Shown here: positions 38,327-50,151 of the stretch, in pieces | How the letters are laid out: every line of letters starts with the position of its first letter | Numbering within the stretch: the first letter of the stretch is position 1 | NCBI GenBank assembly: GCA_051002015.1 | Contig: JBPCMS010000019.1 | Coordinates: forward strand, 4,422-68,421 | Origin: Acidimicrobiia bacterium | Lineage (GTDB): Bacteria > Actinomycetota > Acidimicrobiia > Spongiisociales > UBA5794 | DNA: 64,000 bases | Direction: 5' to 3' | Program-made: the position numbers and the translations under genes | The notes under the pieces: model-generated | Told to the model about the DNA's origin: nothing | The model's database searches: none | Seen by the model: only the letters and a program-made list of their open reading frames with translations

Positions 38327-39181
38327 GTGATACATGTGGGAGCGGGTGGGCACATCCCCGAGGGGCGGATCGAGGAGGCCGCCATCGACAGAACAATCAG
38401 CGACGAAGGCCCGCTGCGGAACGCGGCGGAGCGGGTCGGAGAACAGGATGAGGCGACGGGTCGGGGCGCCGGCCCGGTGCCGCCGGTCGGGGTGGGCGCC
38501 GGGGTGCCGACCCGCTCCGGCTGGAGGAGCCGGTTCGCTCCACCCGGCCCGGGTGCGGTCGGCGGGCTCGGGGTCGTCGGGGTTCGGACGGGTGGCGCCG
38601 TTGCCGTCGTCGTCGCCCTGCTCGCCGGGGTGTTGTGGTGGGGGCTCCCGTCCGGCACCGACCCTGGCGGGGAGGCTATGCCGGTCGGCAGCGTGGAACG
38701 GATGCCGTCGGCCGGCGCCCCGGCGGTCACCACGACACAGACCATGACGGTTCACGTCTCCGGGGCGGTGAGCAACCCCGGTCTGGTCATGGTGCCGGCC
38801 GGGGCCCGGATCGCCGACGTCATCGCCGCCGCCGGTGGAGCCGGCCGCTCCGCCGATGTGGCTTCGATCAACCTGGCGGCGCCGGTCGGCGACGGTGAGC
38901 AGATCGTGGTGCCCGCCGTGGACGGCGACGGGGGGCCTGCTCCGAATGGCGGTTGGTCGCCGGCGGCGCCCGGTACCGAGCCCGACGGTCTGATCATGTT
39001 GAACCACGCCGATGCCGCCACCCTCGAGCTCCTGCCCGGGGTGGGGCCGGTGCTGGCCGAGCGGATCATCACCCATCGCGAGACCATTGGGCCCTTCCAG
39101 ACCGTCGAGGACCTCCTCGACGTATCCGGGATCGGCGAGGTGAAGCTGGCCGCTCTCCGTGACTACGTCGTCGTCCCGTGA
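38327..39181 (+). CDS. comEA: ComEA-like DNA receptor (SLBB + helix-hairpin-helix)
   Basis: One TM, SLBB (VHVSGAVSNPGLV), C-terminal HhH (LELLPGVGPVLAERI...VSGIGEVKL). The start is uncertain. Confidence 0.8.
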   Translation: MIHVGAGGHIPEGRIEEAAIDRTISDEGPLRNAAERVGEQDEATGRGAGPVPPVGVGAGVPTRSGWRSRFAPPGPGAVGGLGVVGVRTGGAVAVVVALLAGVLWWGLPSGTDPGGEAMPVGSVERMPSAGAPAVTTTQTMTVHVSGAVSNPGLVMVPAGARIADVIAAAGGAGRSADVASINLAAPVGDGEQIVVPAVDGDGGPAPNGGWSPAAPGTEPDGLIMLNHADAATLELLPGVGPVLAERIITHRETIGPFQTVEDLLDVSGIGEVKLAALRDYVVVP

Positions 39182-39185
39182 CCGC

Positions 39186-41426
<2,241 letters not shown>

Positions 41427-41499
41427 GCAGGCCGGCGCCGGCAAGGCGGTCTCGGTGCGACCCGGACCGGCACGGTGTGTGCCGCAGCTCTCGGTGCCT

Positions 41500-41715
41500 C
41501 TACCTGAGCTGCAGGCCGGTGACCCCTTCGATCGCCTCGCGGATGAGGTCGGCGTGGCCGTTGTGCCGCGCCGCCTCCTGGATCATGTGGAGCATGATCC
41601 ACCTGAGGCTGTAGGGCTCGCCGTCGGGCGACGGCTTCACCGACGGCTGGCCGAGCTCGTCACCGGCGGCGGGCAATCGCCCGTTGCCCCACGAGGAGAT
41701 CGCCGCCCACCGGCG
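41500..41715 (-). pseudogene. 3' remnant of a DinB_2/DUF664-family gene
   Basis: The last roughly 70 codons of ORF 41500..42405 have high GC3 and read ..[35 protein letters not shown], the C-terminal helix motif of the DinB/DUF664 family. There is no start codon, and the upstream part is antisense to holA. Confidence 0.5.
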
Positions 41716-41767
41716 AGGCGGTCGACGAAGCCGGTGCTTGCGGGTGCGGCGGCGGAGGTACGCTCGG

Positions 41768-42766
41768 GTGGTGAAGCCGATCGTGGTCGTGTCCACCGAC
41801 CGGGGAGCGGGTCCCGGGGAGCGTGAGCTGATGTTCGAGGCCGCCCAGCAGGCGTTCCAGCGGTGGGGGATCAGCGACATCACCCGCATCGACGTGCCCG
41901 GTCGTGCCAGCGGTGAGGACACGGACGAGGCGGGCTTGCGCACCCCGGTCGCCTCTGCCGTCCCCGCCCTGCAGAGCGGATCGCTGTTCGGAGGGGCGAC
42001 CGGGGTCCTGTTCGTCGATGCCGACCAGCTCCAGAAGACCGAGGCCGAGGTGCTGTCCGAGGTGATCGGCAGCGTCCCCGACGATGGGACCCTCGGGGTG
42101 GTGTTCCTGACCACCGGCGCCATGCCGCCCGTGCTCGGTCGGGCGGTGAAGCCCGTGGCCGACACGGTGCAGATCAGGCTGGTGACCGAGGCCGGTGCCG
42201 CCACCTGGCTCGGCATCGCCGCCAAGAAGCGCTCGCTCCGGCTGGGGGAGGGGGCGCAGGCGGCCCTGATCCGACGATTCGGCTCGGACGTGGCGGCACT
42301 GGGGCAGGCGCTCGACCAACTCGCCGTCGACGGTGCGACGGCAACCGCCGACATGATCGCCGAGCGGTTCCGAAACCGACCGGATGTGCCGATGTGGAAG
42401 GTCACCGATGCGATCGTCGCCGGGAGGACCGGTGAGGCGTTGCGCCGGCTGTCCGACTACCTCCTCCACGGCCACCCGCTCGTCCTGCTCAGCTACCTGC
42501 AGAACGACCTGCGCCGCCGGGCGCTCGCCGCCAACGCCCCCGACTACGACACCTTCGTGGCCCGGTCGGGAGCGGCATCCAACCGGGGGACCGAGCGGCT
42601 GTGGAACATGAGGCAGCGGGCGCGTTCCGAGGATCTGAGGCGGGCGCTCGCCGCCCTGGCCAAGGCGGACGTCCAACTGAAGACGGCACCCGAAGCCACC
42701 CACCGGGTGACGCTGGAGCGGCTGACGGTCGCCCTCAGCCTCTGGTATGGCGGCTCGGGGCGGTGA
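41768..42766 (+). CDS. holA: DNA polymerase III delta subunit
   Basis: GTG start (VVKPIVVVS). Delta-subunit-like length, and the conserved position after comEC. Confidence 0.75.
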   Translation: MVKPIVVVSTDRGAGPGERELMFEAAQQAFQRWGISDITRIDVPGRASGEDTDEAGLRTPVASAVPALQSGSLFGGATGVLFVDADQLQKTEAEVLSEVIGSVPDDGTLGVVFLTTGAMPPVLGRAVKPVADTVQIRLVTEAGAATWLGIAAKKRSLRLGEGAQAALIRRFGSDVAALGQALDQLAVDGATATADMIAERFRNRPDVPMWKVTDAIVAGRTGEALRRLSDYLLHGHPLVLLSYLQNDLRRRALAANAPDYDTFVARSGAASNRGTERLWNMRQRARSEDLRRALAALAKADVQLKTAPEATHRVTLERLTVALSLWYGGSGR

Positions 42767-42819
42767 AGCCAGGTGAGCCCCGCTGAGCCCGGCGCTGAGA
42801 CCCCCGCTGAGGCTGGTGC

Positions 42820-43296
42820 TCAGCCCTCGTAGACGCGGACGGCCCGCACCATGTAGGTGAAGGTGCCGCCCGGAGCCTCGTATGTCACCGAGTCGCCCGG
42901 AACGGCTCCGAGCAGGGCGCCGCCGAGTGGGGAGTCGGGAGATGCGAGCAGCAGACCGGCGACCTTGTTCTCGGAAGGGGCCACCAGGAACTCCATCTCA
43001 TCACCGTCCTCGTCGACCACCGTGGCGATGGTGCCGACCCCGACCCGGCCCGAGTCCTCGATCTCACGCACGTCGGCGCTGTCGAGCGTCGACCTGATCT
43101 GCCGGATCCTGGCCTCCATCATCCCCTGGTCGTTCTTGGCGGTGTCGTACTCGGCGTTCTCCCGCAGGTCGCCATGGTCACGGGCATCGGCAATGCGCTG
43201 CTCGATCTCTCGCCTGCCGTCGGTCTCGAGATACTCGAGCTCCTGGCGCAGCTTGGCGTAGGCAGCAGGGGTGAGCCAGGTCTTGGCGCTGGTCAT
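42820..43296 (-). CDS. greA: transcription elongation factor GreA
   Basis: Internal ATG MTSAKTWLTPAAY. Coiled-coil motif with the acidic tip (DLRENAEYD). Confidence 0.9.
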   Translation of the reverse strand: MTSAKTWLTPAAYAKLRQELEYLETDGRREIEQRIADARDHGDLRENAEYDTAKNDQGMMEARIRQIRSTLDSADVREIEDSGRVGVGTIATVVDEDGDEMEFLVAPSENKVAGLLLASPDSPLGGALLGAVPGDSVTYEAPGGTFTYMVRAVRVYEG

Positions 43297-43355
43297 GGGG
43301 AACGATCCTGTTGGTCGGTCGCCGACGACGGTCGGCGGCGAGCTCTTCGAGCCGG

Positions 43356-43622
43356 TTACTTCTGGAGGGTGGCGACCCGGCGGGCCATGCGGGCCTTGCG
43401 TCGGGCTGCCGTGTTCTTGTGGACGAGCCCCATCGCCACCGCCTGGTCGATCCGCTTCTGGGCGAGGCGGACCGCCTTCTCGGTGGCGTCGGGATCGCCG
43501 GATTCGGCGACCGTCACCGCCGTCTTGAAGCGGGTCTTGAGCTCGGAGCTCACCGACTTGTTGCGATCGTGCCGTACCGTGTTCTGACGGTTGCGCTTGA
43601 TCTGCGACTTGATGTTGGCCAT
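43356..43622 (-). CDS. rpsT: 30S ribosomal protein S20
   Basis: Internal ATG MANIKSQIKRNRQN is a canonical bS20 N-terminus. Confidence 0.9.
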   Translation of the reverse strand: MANIKSQIKRNRQNTVRHDRNKSVSSELKTRFKTAVTVAESGDPDATEKAVRLAQKRIDQAVAMGLVHKNTAARRKARMARRVATLQK

Positions 43623-43732
43623 GTGGCGACAAACCTCTGCGAACGGGAACGGCGCAAGGTTACCACAGCGGGCCGCCGGTACAATGCCCACGTCTGTGTT
43701 GAGCAGACCCGTTCCGCCTCACCGTAGGGCCC

Positions 43733-45535
43733 ATGACCCAGCTGGCGCGTATCCGCAACTTCTGCATCATCGCCCACATCGACCACGGCAAGTCGACCCT
43801 GGCCGATCGCTTCCTGCAGAGAACCGGAACCGTCGCCGAGCGGGACATGCGCGAGCAGCTTCTCGACACCATGGACCTGGAACGGGAGCGGGGCATCACC
43901 ATCAAGGCCAACGCGGTGCGTATCGACTACCGCGCCGGCGACGGCGAGACCTACGTCCTCAACCTGATCGACACCCCGGGCCACGTCGACTTCTCGTACG
44001 AGGTGTCGCGCTCGCTGGCGGCCGCCGAGGGGGCGCTGCTGGTGGTCGACGCCACCCAGGGGATCGAGGCCCAGACCCTGGCCAACGCCCACCTCGCCAT
44101 CGAGAGCGGGCTGGAGATCATCCCGGTGGTCAACAAGATCGATCTGCCCGCGGCCGAGCCCGACCTGGTTGCCGACCAGATCATCGGGGTCATCGGCGGC
44201 ACCCGCGCCGATGTGCTGCGGGTCTCGGCCAAGTCGGGCAAGGGGGTCGACGAGCTGCTCGAGGCGATCGTCGCCCGCCTCCCCGCCCCCACCGCGGTCG
44301 TCGACGGACCGCTGCGGGCCCTGGTGTTCGACTCGTATTACGACATCTACCGAGGCGTCGTCTGCCACGTCAGGGTGGTGGACGGTGCCCTGGTCCAGGA
44401 CGACGAGATCCGGTTCATGGTCACCGGGGAGATGGTGACCGCAGACGAGATCGGCACCCTGTCCCCGGCCCCGCGGCCGGGACGCCGCCTCGGTCCGGGC
44501 GAGGTCGGCTACCTGATCACCGGGATCAAGGAGATCGACCTGGTCCGGGTCGGGGACACCGTCACCCATGCCGGGAGGCGGGCCGAGTTCCCGCTTGCGG
44601 GTTACCGGGAGCCGAAGCCGATGGTGTTCTCGGGGCTGTTCCCCACCGAGGGTCACGACTTCGAGCGGCTGCGCGAGGCGCTCGACAAGCTTCGCCTCAA
44701 CGACTCGTCTCTGGTGTACCAGCCGGAGACGTCGCGGGCGCTCGGGTTCGGGTTCCGCTGCGGTTTCCTCGGGCTGCTCCACATGGAGATCGTCCGGGAG
44801 CGGCTGGAGCGCGAGTACGACCTCGACCTGGTGGCGACCGCGCCGTCGGTGGAGTACCGGGCGACGCTCACCGACGGCTCGGTGGTCCAGGTGCGCTCCC
44901 CACAGGACCTGCCCGAGCCGAGCCGGCTGGCCACGGTGGCCGAGCCGATGGTGGCGGTGATGATCCTGACCCCAACCGAGTACGTGGGGACCGTGATGGA
45001 CCTGAGCCAGCAGCGTCGCGGCGAGATGGGGAAGATGACCTACCTGAGCCCCGAGCGAGTCGAACTCCACTACCGGGTGCCGCTGGCCGAGATCGTCTTC
45101 GACTTCTTCGACCAGCTCAAGTCGAGAACCAGGGGCTACGCCTCGCTCGACTACGAGCCGAGCGGCTACCTGGAGGCGGATCTGGTAAAGGTCGAGATCC
45201 TCCTCAACGGGGTCGCCGTCGACGCCTTCTCCACCATCGTGCATCGGGAGAGGGCCCCCACCTACGGGCGGGCCATGGTCGACCGACTGCGCCAGCTGAT
45301 CCCCCGCCAGCTCTTCGACGTGCCTGTCCAGGCCGCCGTCGGGACCAGGGTCATCGCTCGGGAGACCATCAAGGCGAAGCGCAAGGACGTGCTGGCCAAG
45401 TGCTACGGCGGCGACGTCACCCGCAAGCGCAAGCTGCTCGAGAAGCAGAAGGAGGGCAAGCGGCGGATGAAGATGGTGGGCAACGTCGAGGTGCCCCAGG
45501 AGGCCTTCGTCGCCGCGCTGCGCATCGATGGCTGA
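43733..45535 (+). CDS. lepA: translation elongation factor 4 (LepA)
   Basis: 600 aa with G-domain motifs ([23 protein letters not shown]) and the LepA C-terminal domain. Confidence 0.95.
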   Translation: MTQLARIRNFCIIAHIDHGKSTLADRFLQRTGTVAERDMREQLLDTMDLERERGITIKANAVRIDYRAGDGETYVLNLIDTPGHVDFSYEVSRSLAAAEGALLVVDATQGIEAQTLANAHLAIESGLEIIPVVNKIDLPAAEPDLVADQIIGVIGGTRADVLRVSAKSGKGVDELLEAIVARLPAPTAVVDGPLRALVFDSYYDIYRGVVCHVRVVDGALVQDDEIRFMVTGEMVTADEIGTLSPAPRPGRRLGPGEVGYLITGIKEIDLVRVGDTVTHAGRRAEFPLAGYREPKPMVFSGLFPTEGHDFERLREALDKLRLNDSSLVYQPETSRALGFGFRCGFLGLLHMEIVRERLEREYDLDLVATAPSVEYRATLTDGSVVQVRSPQDLPEPSRLATVAEPMVAVMILTPTEYVGTVMDLSQQRRGEMGKMTYLSPERVELHYRVPLAEIVFDFFDQLKSRTRGYASLDYEPSGYLEADLVKVEILLNGVAVDAFSTIVHRERAPTYGRAMVDRLRQLIPRQLFDVPVQAAVGTRVIARETIKAKRKDVLAKCYGGDVTRKRKLLEKQKEGKRRMKMVGNVEVPQEAFVAALRIDG

Positions 45536-46709
45536 CCCCCGTCGAACATCACCGGACGATCCGGTCCTCGCCGACGCCGCCGTCGCTTGGCGGGCCGCAT
45601 ACGTCCACATCCCGTTCTGCCGCCGCCGCTGCCCCTACTGCGACTTCGCGGTTGTGGCCGGCGACGAATGGGGCGGTCCCATCGACCGCTACGTCGACGC
45701 CGTCGTGGCCGAGATCGCCATGGAGCCGGCGTGGGGACCGCTCGATGCGGTGAACTTCGGGGGCGGCACCCCGACGGCGCTCACCGCTCGCCAGCTGGCC
45801 AGGGTGCTCGACGCCGTCACCGACCGTTTCGGGATCGCCCCCGGCGCCGAGATCAGCATCGAGGCCAATCCCGAGGATTGGGACGGGGCGGGCTGGGCCG
45901 ATCTCGTCGCCCTCGGGTTCACCCGGATCTCGCTCGGGGTGCAGTCCTTCGACCCTGCGGTCCTTGCCTCCCTCGGTCGCAGCCACGACCCGCAGAGTGC
46001 GGCGGCGGCGGTGACCGGGGCGCGCACGGCCGGTTTCGGGTCGGTGTCGCTCGACCTCGTCTTCGGCGCCGCCGCCGAGGAGGGGGCGAGCTGGGGACGG
46101 ACCGTCGCCACCGCCGTCGGTCTCGGGCCCGATCACCTGTCCGGCTATGCGCTCACCGTGGAGCGGGGGACCGAGCTGTCCCGGATGGTCGGCGCCGGTC
46201 TGGTGCCCGCCCCCGATCCGGATGATCAGGCGGACGCATACGAGCTGCTCGTCGCCGCCGCCACCGGTGCCGGTCTCGTCCACTACGAGGTGTCCAACTT
46301 CGCCCGGCCCGGCCACGCCTGCCGCTACAACCTGGGGACATGGGCCCAGGGCGGGTACCTCGCCTTCGGGCTCGGGGCCCACGGCCACCGCGACGGGGTG
46401 AGGACCCGCAACGTGCGGCGCATCGACGCCTACCTGGCGGCGGTCGGGCAGAGCCACCGGCCTCTCGCCGGCACCGAGTCGCAGGATCCGTGGGGGAGGG
46501 AGCAGGAGCGGTTGATGCTGGGGCTGCGGCGGCGCGCCGGGGTGGTTCCCGGCGACATCGGCCGTGCCCTGGAGCGATCCGAGCAGGGGCGGCGGCTGAT
46601 GGAGGCGGGGGTGCTGGGGGTGGGTCCCGACCGGTTGGTGGTGCTGAGACCGCTGCTCACCGACGAGGTGACGAGGGCCGTGCTCTCACTCTCAGCAGAC
46701 GACTGCTAA
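45528..46709 (+). CDS. hemW: radical SAM heme chaperone HemW (HemN-like)
   Basis: 393 aa with [10 protein letters not shown] (CxxxCxxC). Overlaps the lepA stop. Confidence 0.85.
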   Translation: MADPRRTSPDDPVLADAAVAWRAAYVHIPFCRRRCPYCDFAVVAGDEWGGPIDRYVDAVVAEIAMEPAWGPLDAVNFGGGTPTALTARQLARVLDAVTDRFGIAPGAEISIEANPEDWDGAGWADLVALGFTRISLGVQSFDPAVLASLGRSHDPQSAAAAVTGARTAGFGSVSLDLVFGAAAEEGASWGRTVATAVGLGPDHLSGYALTVERGTELSRMVGAGLVPAPDPDDQADAYELLVAAATGAGLVHYEVSNFARPGHACRYNLGTWAQGGYLAFGLGAHGHRDGVRTRNVRRIDAYLAAVGQSHRPLAGTESQDPWGREQERLMLGLRRRAGVVPGDIGRALERSEQGRRLMEAGVLGVGPDRLVVLRPLLTDEVTRAVLSLSADDC

Positions 46710-46719
46710 ATTCGGGCCC

Positions 46720-47721
46720 ATGTTGGACGATCGCGGATCCCGGGTTCTCCAGGCCCTGGTCGAGGAGTACATCGCCACCGGGATGCCGGTGAGCTCGCAT
46801 GCGATCGTCGAACGCAGCGGGCTGCCGGTGTCGAGTGCCACCGTCCGCAACGAAGTCGCCCGCCTCGAGTCGTACGGGTTCGTGGAGCAGCCGCACACCT
46901 CGGCGGGCCGGGTCCCGACTGCGGCCGGCTACCGGTTCTACGTCGACCACGCCTCGCCGGCCAAGCTGCGCAGCGCCACCCGCAGCAGGATCACCTCGTT
47001 CTTCTCCGAGGTGCACCGCGAGCTGAGCCGGGTGCTCAAGGAGACCACGGGGCTGCTCGCCGAGGTGAGCCATTTCCCCGCCGTCGTCATCGGCCCCGGT
47101 CTGGTCGGCGAGACGGTGCGCGCCCTGCACCTCGTCCCCCTCGGGGGCCCGGTGGTGCTGACGGTGACCGTCACCGGGTCGGGCCGGGTCGCCCAGGACG
47201 TGGTGCGGCTCGACGCCATCCTCGACCGGACCCAGCTGGCCGAGGCGGAGCGGATGCTCGCCGTCGCCTACGAGGGACACACCGTGGCCGATGGCAACCT
47301 CAGGGTGGGCACCATCCCCGCAGACGCCGCCTCGCCCCCGGTCCAGACGCTGATCGATGCGGTCGCCACCACCTTGGGACGCGCCGATCGGGCCACCACC
47401 GAGGTGTTCGTCGGGGGGACCTCCCAACTGGTCGAGCTGTGGCATGACCTGGCCCACGTCCACGCCATCCTCGCCATCCTCGAGCAGGAGGCCACGGTGC
47501 GCCGCATCGTCGACACCGAGTCGCCAGGGACCTCGGTCAGGCTCGGGGTCGAGATCGATGTCGCCGGCCTCGACCTCGCCGTGGTGTCGAGCTCGTACGA
47601 CGCCGGCGAGCACGGCATCGGTCGGCTGGCGGTGCTCGGCCCGATGCGGATGGACTACCGGCGCACCATGCGGATCGTCGAAGAGGTCGGGGACAGCCTC
47701 GGCGACAGCCTGGGCGGCTGA
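46720..47721 (+). CDS. hrcA: heat-inducible transcription repressor HrcA
   Basis: 333 aa. Winged-helix N-terminus (LDDRGSRVLQALVEEYIATGMPVSS). Followed by dnaJ. Confidence 0.9.
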   Translation: MLDDRGSRVLQALVEEYIATGMPVSSHAIVERSGLPVSSATVRNEVARLESYGFVEQPHTSAGRVPTAAGYRFYVDHASPAKLRSATRSRITSFFSEVHRELSRVLKETTGLLAEVSHFPAVVIGPGLVGETVRALHLVPLGGPVVLTVTVTGSGRVAQDVVRLDAILDRTQLAEAERMLAVAYEGHTVADGNLRVGTIPADAASPPVQTLIDAVATTLGRADRATTEVFVGGTSQLVELWHDLAHVHAILAILEQEATVRRIVDTESPGTSVRLGVEIDVAGLDLAVVSSSYDAGEHGIGRLAVLGPMRMDYRRTMRIVEEVGDSLGDSLGG

Positions 47722-47800
47722 GGCGTGACCCATCCAGACGCGAGCGGGCAGGGCACCGGCGCACCACCATCGAACCAACAGCGAGAGGTCTGAGACGGAT

Positions 47801-48892
47801 ATGGCCGACTACTACGAGGTGCTCGGGGTCTCCAGGGACGCCAGTGCCGACGAGATCAAGCGCAGGTTCCGGACCCTCGCCCGCGAGACCCACCCGGATG
47901 CCAATCCCGACGACCCCGCAGCCGAGGCCCGCTTTCGGCAGATCGCCGAGGCGTACGAGGTTCTCTCGGACGAAGCCAGGCGGGCCGCCTACGACCGCGG
48001 TGAGCGGTTCGGGACCGACCTGTTCAGCGCCGGGGCAACCCTGGAGGAGATCCTCTCCCAGTTCTTCGGCGCAGGCTTCGGCGGGTTCGGGGGGTTCACC
48101 TCGCACCCGGCGCGGCGCAAGGGCCGCGACCTCTCCGTGGCCGTCGACCTGACCCTGGACGAGGCGGCCACCGGTGTGGCCCGCGAGGTCACCTACCGGT
48201 CGGCGATCACCTGCGACACCTGCTCCGGGGCCGGCTCGGCCCCGGGCGCCAGCCCCACCCGGTGCGGCGCTTGCGGAGGGACCGGCCATGTGCGGGTAAC
48301 CCGCAGCACCTTCCTCGGGTCGATGATGACCGTTGCCGAGTGCTCCACCTGCTCGGGATGGGGCGAGGTGATCGCCGATCCATGCCCCGCCTGCTCGGGC
48401 CGCGGGCGGGTGGACGACTCCGTCACCGTCACCATCGACATCCCCGCCGGTGTCGACCACGGCACCAGGCTCCGACTGGGGGGCAGGGGCGAGGCCGGGG
48501 AGCGGCGCACCCCGGCGGGCGATCTCTACGCCTCGGTGCGGGTGGCAGCGGACGAGCGGTTCGAGCGGCTCGGCGACGATCTACACCACCGGGTCCGGCT
48601 CGGGCTGGCCGAGGCCACCCTTGGGGTCGACCTCAAGGTGCCGCTGGTCGGAGGCGAGTTCCTCGACGTCGAGATCCCGGCGGGGACCCAGCCGGGCACC
48701 GTGTTCAAGATCGACCGCCAGGGCATGCCCCGGCTCCGCCGCCGGGGGAGAGGCGATCTGCTGATCGAGGTCCAGGTGATGGTGCCCACCGACCTCACCG
48801 ACGAGCAGACCGAGGCGTTGCGCCACTACGCCGAGCTGCGCGGGGAATCACCGGCCGTCCCACGCAAGAAGCGCCGCTTCTTCGCCGGCTGA
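47801..48892 (+). CDS. dnaJ: chaperone DnaJ
   Basis: J-domain with HPD (ETHPDANP) and four CxxCxG zinc-finger repeats. Confidence 0.95.
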   Translation: MADYYEVLGVSRDASADEIKRRFRTLARETHPDANPDDPAAEARFRQIAEAYEVLSDEARRAAYDRGERFGTDLFSAGATLEEILSQFFGAGFGGFGGFTSHPARRKGRDLSVAVDLTLDEAATGVAREVTYRSAITCDTCSGAGSAPGASPTRCGACGGTGHVRVTRSTFLGSMMTVAECSTCSGWGEVIADPCPACSGRGRVDDSVTVTIDIPAGVDHGTRLRLGGRGEAGERRTPAGDLYASVRVAADERFERLGDDLHHRVRLGLAEATLGVDLKVPLVGGEFLDVEIPAGTQPGTVFKIDRQGMPRLRRRGRGDLLIEVQVMVPTDLTDEQTEALRHYAELRGESPAVPRKKRRFFAG

Positions 48893-49146
48893 CGTGCGCC
48901 ACGTCCCCCACGTCCACCTTCCGGGGTCGTGACCGGGCCGGGCCGTCACCGCTCGGTGACGACACCCCGGCCGGGGCCGGGTGCGCCCCATCGGCGGTGC
49001 CGGTGGCCACCGCGAAGCGCCGTCATGCATGAGCGCCGTCGGCTCGTCGCCCGGTGTCCGGGTCACCGCCCCGGCGCCGGTATACTCAACGGGTCTCCAT
49101 GCGTTCTCGCTGCGCATCCCCCTCCCGTACCCCTTTGTGAGGATCC

Positions 49147-50151
49147 GTGACGTCCCCGTCCGCAGTGGACATCCAACTCAAGGTTCCCAGCAACCACCTC
49201 ATCGTGGACCTCCTCGGCGAGCGCGACGCCCACCTCAGGCACATCGAAGCGGCGTTCCCCGACGTCCGGATCGTGGCTCGGGGCAACCAGATTGATGTCC
49301 ACGGCGCCGAGGCCGACGCCGGGATGGTGCGGACCATCTTCGACGAGCTGCTCATCCTCGTACAGGAGGGTGAGACACTGGACGGCGACCGGGTGCTGCG
49401 GGTCATCGACCTGGTGCGCCGCGACGTACCCGCCCCTTCCGGGGTGTTCACCGAGGCGATCAAGGTGGGTCGGGGCAAGGTGGTGCGGTCCAAGACCCTC
49501 GGCCAGAAGCGCTACGTCGACGCGGTACGGGACAACACCCTGGCCTTCGGGGTGGGACCGGCGGGCACCGGAAAGACCTACCTGGCCATGGCCTGCGCCG
49601 TCGAGGCGTTGATCTCGGGGTCGGTGCGCCGCATCATCCTCAGCCGCCCGGCGGTCGAGGCTGGGGAGCGGCTCGGCTTTCTCCCCGGCGACCTCGCCGC
49701 CAAGGTCGACCCGTACCTGCGCCCTCTGTACGACGCCCTCTACGAGATGCTTGGCCCCGACGAGACCGGGCGCCTGATGGATCGGGGGACCATCGAGATC
49801 GCCCCGCTCGCCTACATGCGGGGGCGGACGCTCAACGACGCCTTCATCGTCCTCGACGAGGCGCAGAACACGTCGCCGGAGCAGATGAAGATGTTCCTCA
49901 CCCGGTTGGGCTTCAACTCGAAGATGGTGATCACCGGAGACGTCACCCAGACCGATCTGCTCGACGGGCGCCCCTCGGGTCTGCGGGTGGTGGGGTCGGT
50001 GCTGCGCGACATCGACGGGATCGCCTTCGTCGAGCTCGGTCTCGAGGACGTGGTGCGGCACCGGATCGTCGCCGCGATCGTCCAGGCATACGAGCGTTTC
50101 GAGGCCCGCAGGGCCGAGGTGCCGTCACGGGACCGCGCGTGGACACCGTGA
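49147..50151 (+). CDS. phoH: PhoH-like ATPase (YbeZ)
   Basis: 334 aa with P-loop GPAGTGKTYLA. Part of the conserved phoH-pgpH-ybeY cluster. Confidence 0.9.
   Translation: MTSPSAVDIQLKVPSNHLIVDLLGERDAHLRHIEAAFPDVRIVARGNQIDVHGAEADAGMVRTIFDELLILVQEGETLDGDRVLRVIDLVRRDVPAPSGVFTEAIKVGRGKVVRSKTLGQKRYVDAVRDNTLAFGVGPAGTGKTYLAMACAVEALISGSVRRIILSRPAVEAGERLGFLPGDLAAKVDPYLRPLYDALYEMLGPDETGRLMDRGTIEIAPLAYMRGRTLNDAFIVLDEAQNTSPEQMKMFLTRLGFNSKMVITGDVTQTDLLDGRPSGLRVVGSVLRDIDGIAFVELGLEDVVRHRIVAAIVQAYERFEARRAEVPSRDRAWTP

Noticed and set aside
48893-49146. 254-bp gene-less gap between dnaJ and phoH as a remnant of a lost gene (rsmE is often found here in Actinobacteria)
   Set aside because: None of the six frames shows a coding-like GC3 pattern or a recognisable peptide. 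I only noted a possible -10 (tatact, about 49081) and the phoH SD. I cannot support a pseudogene call.
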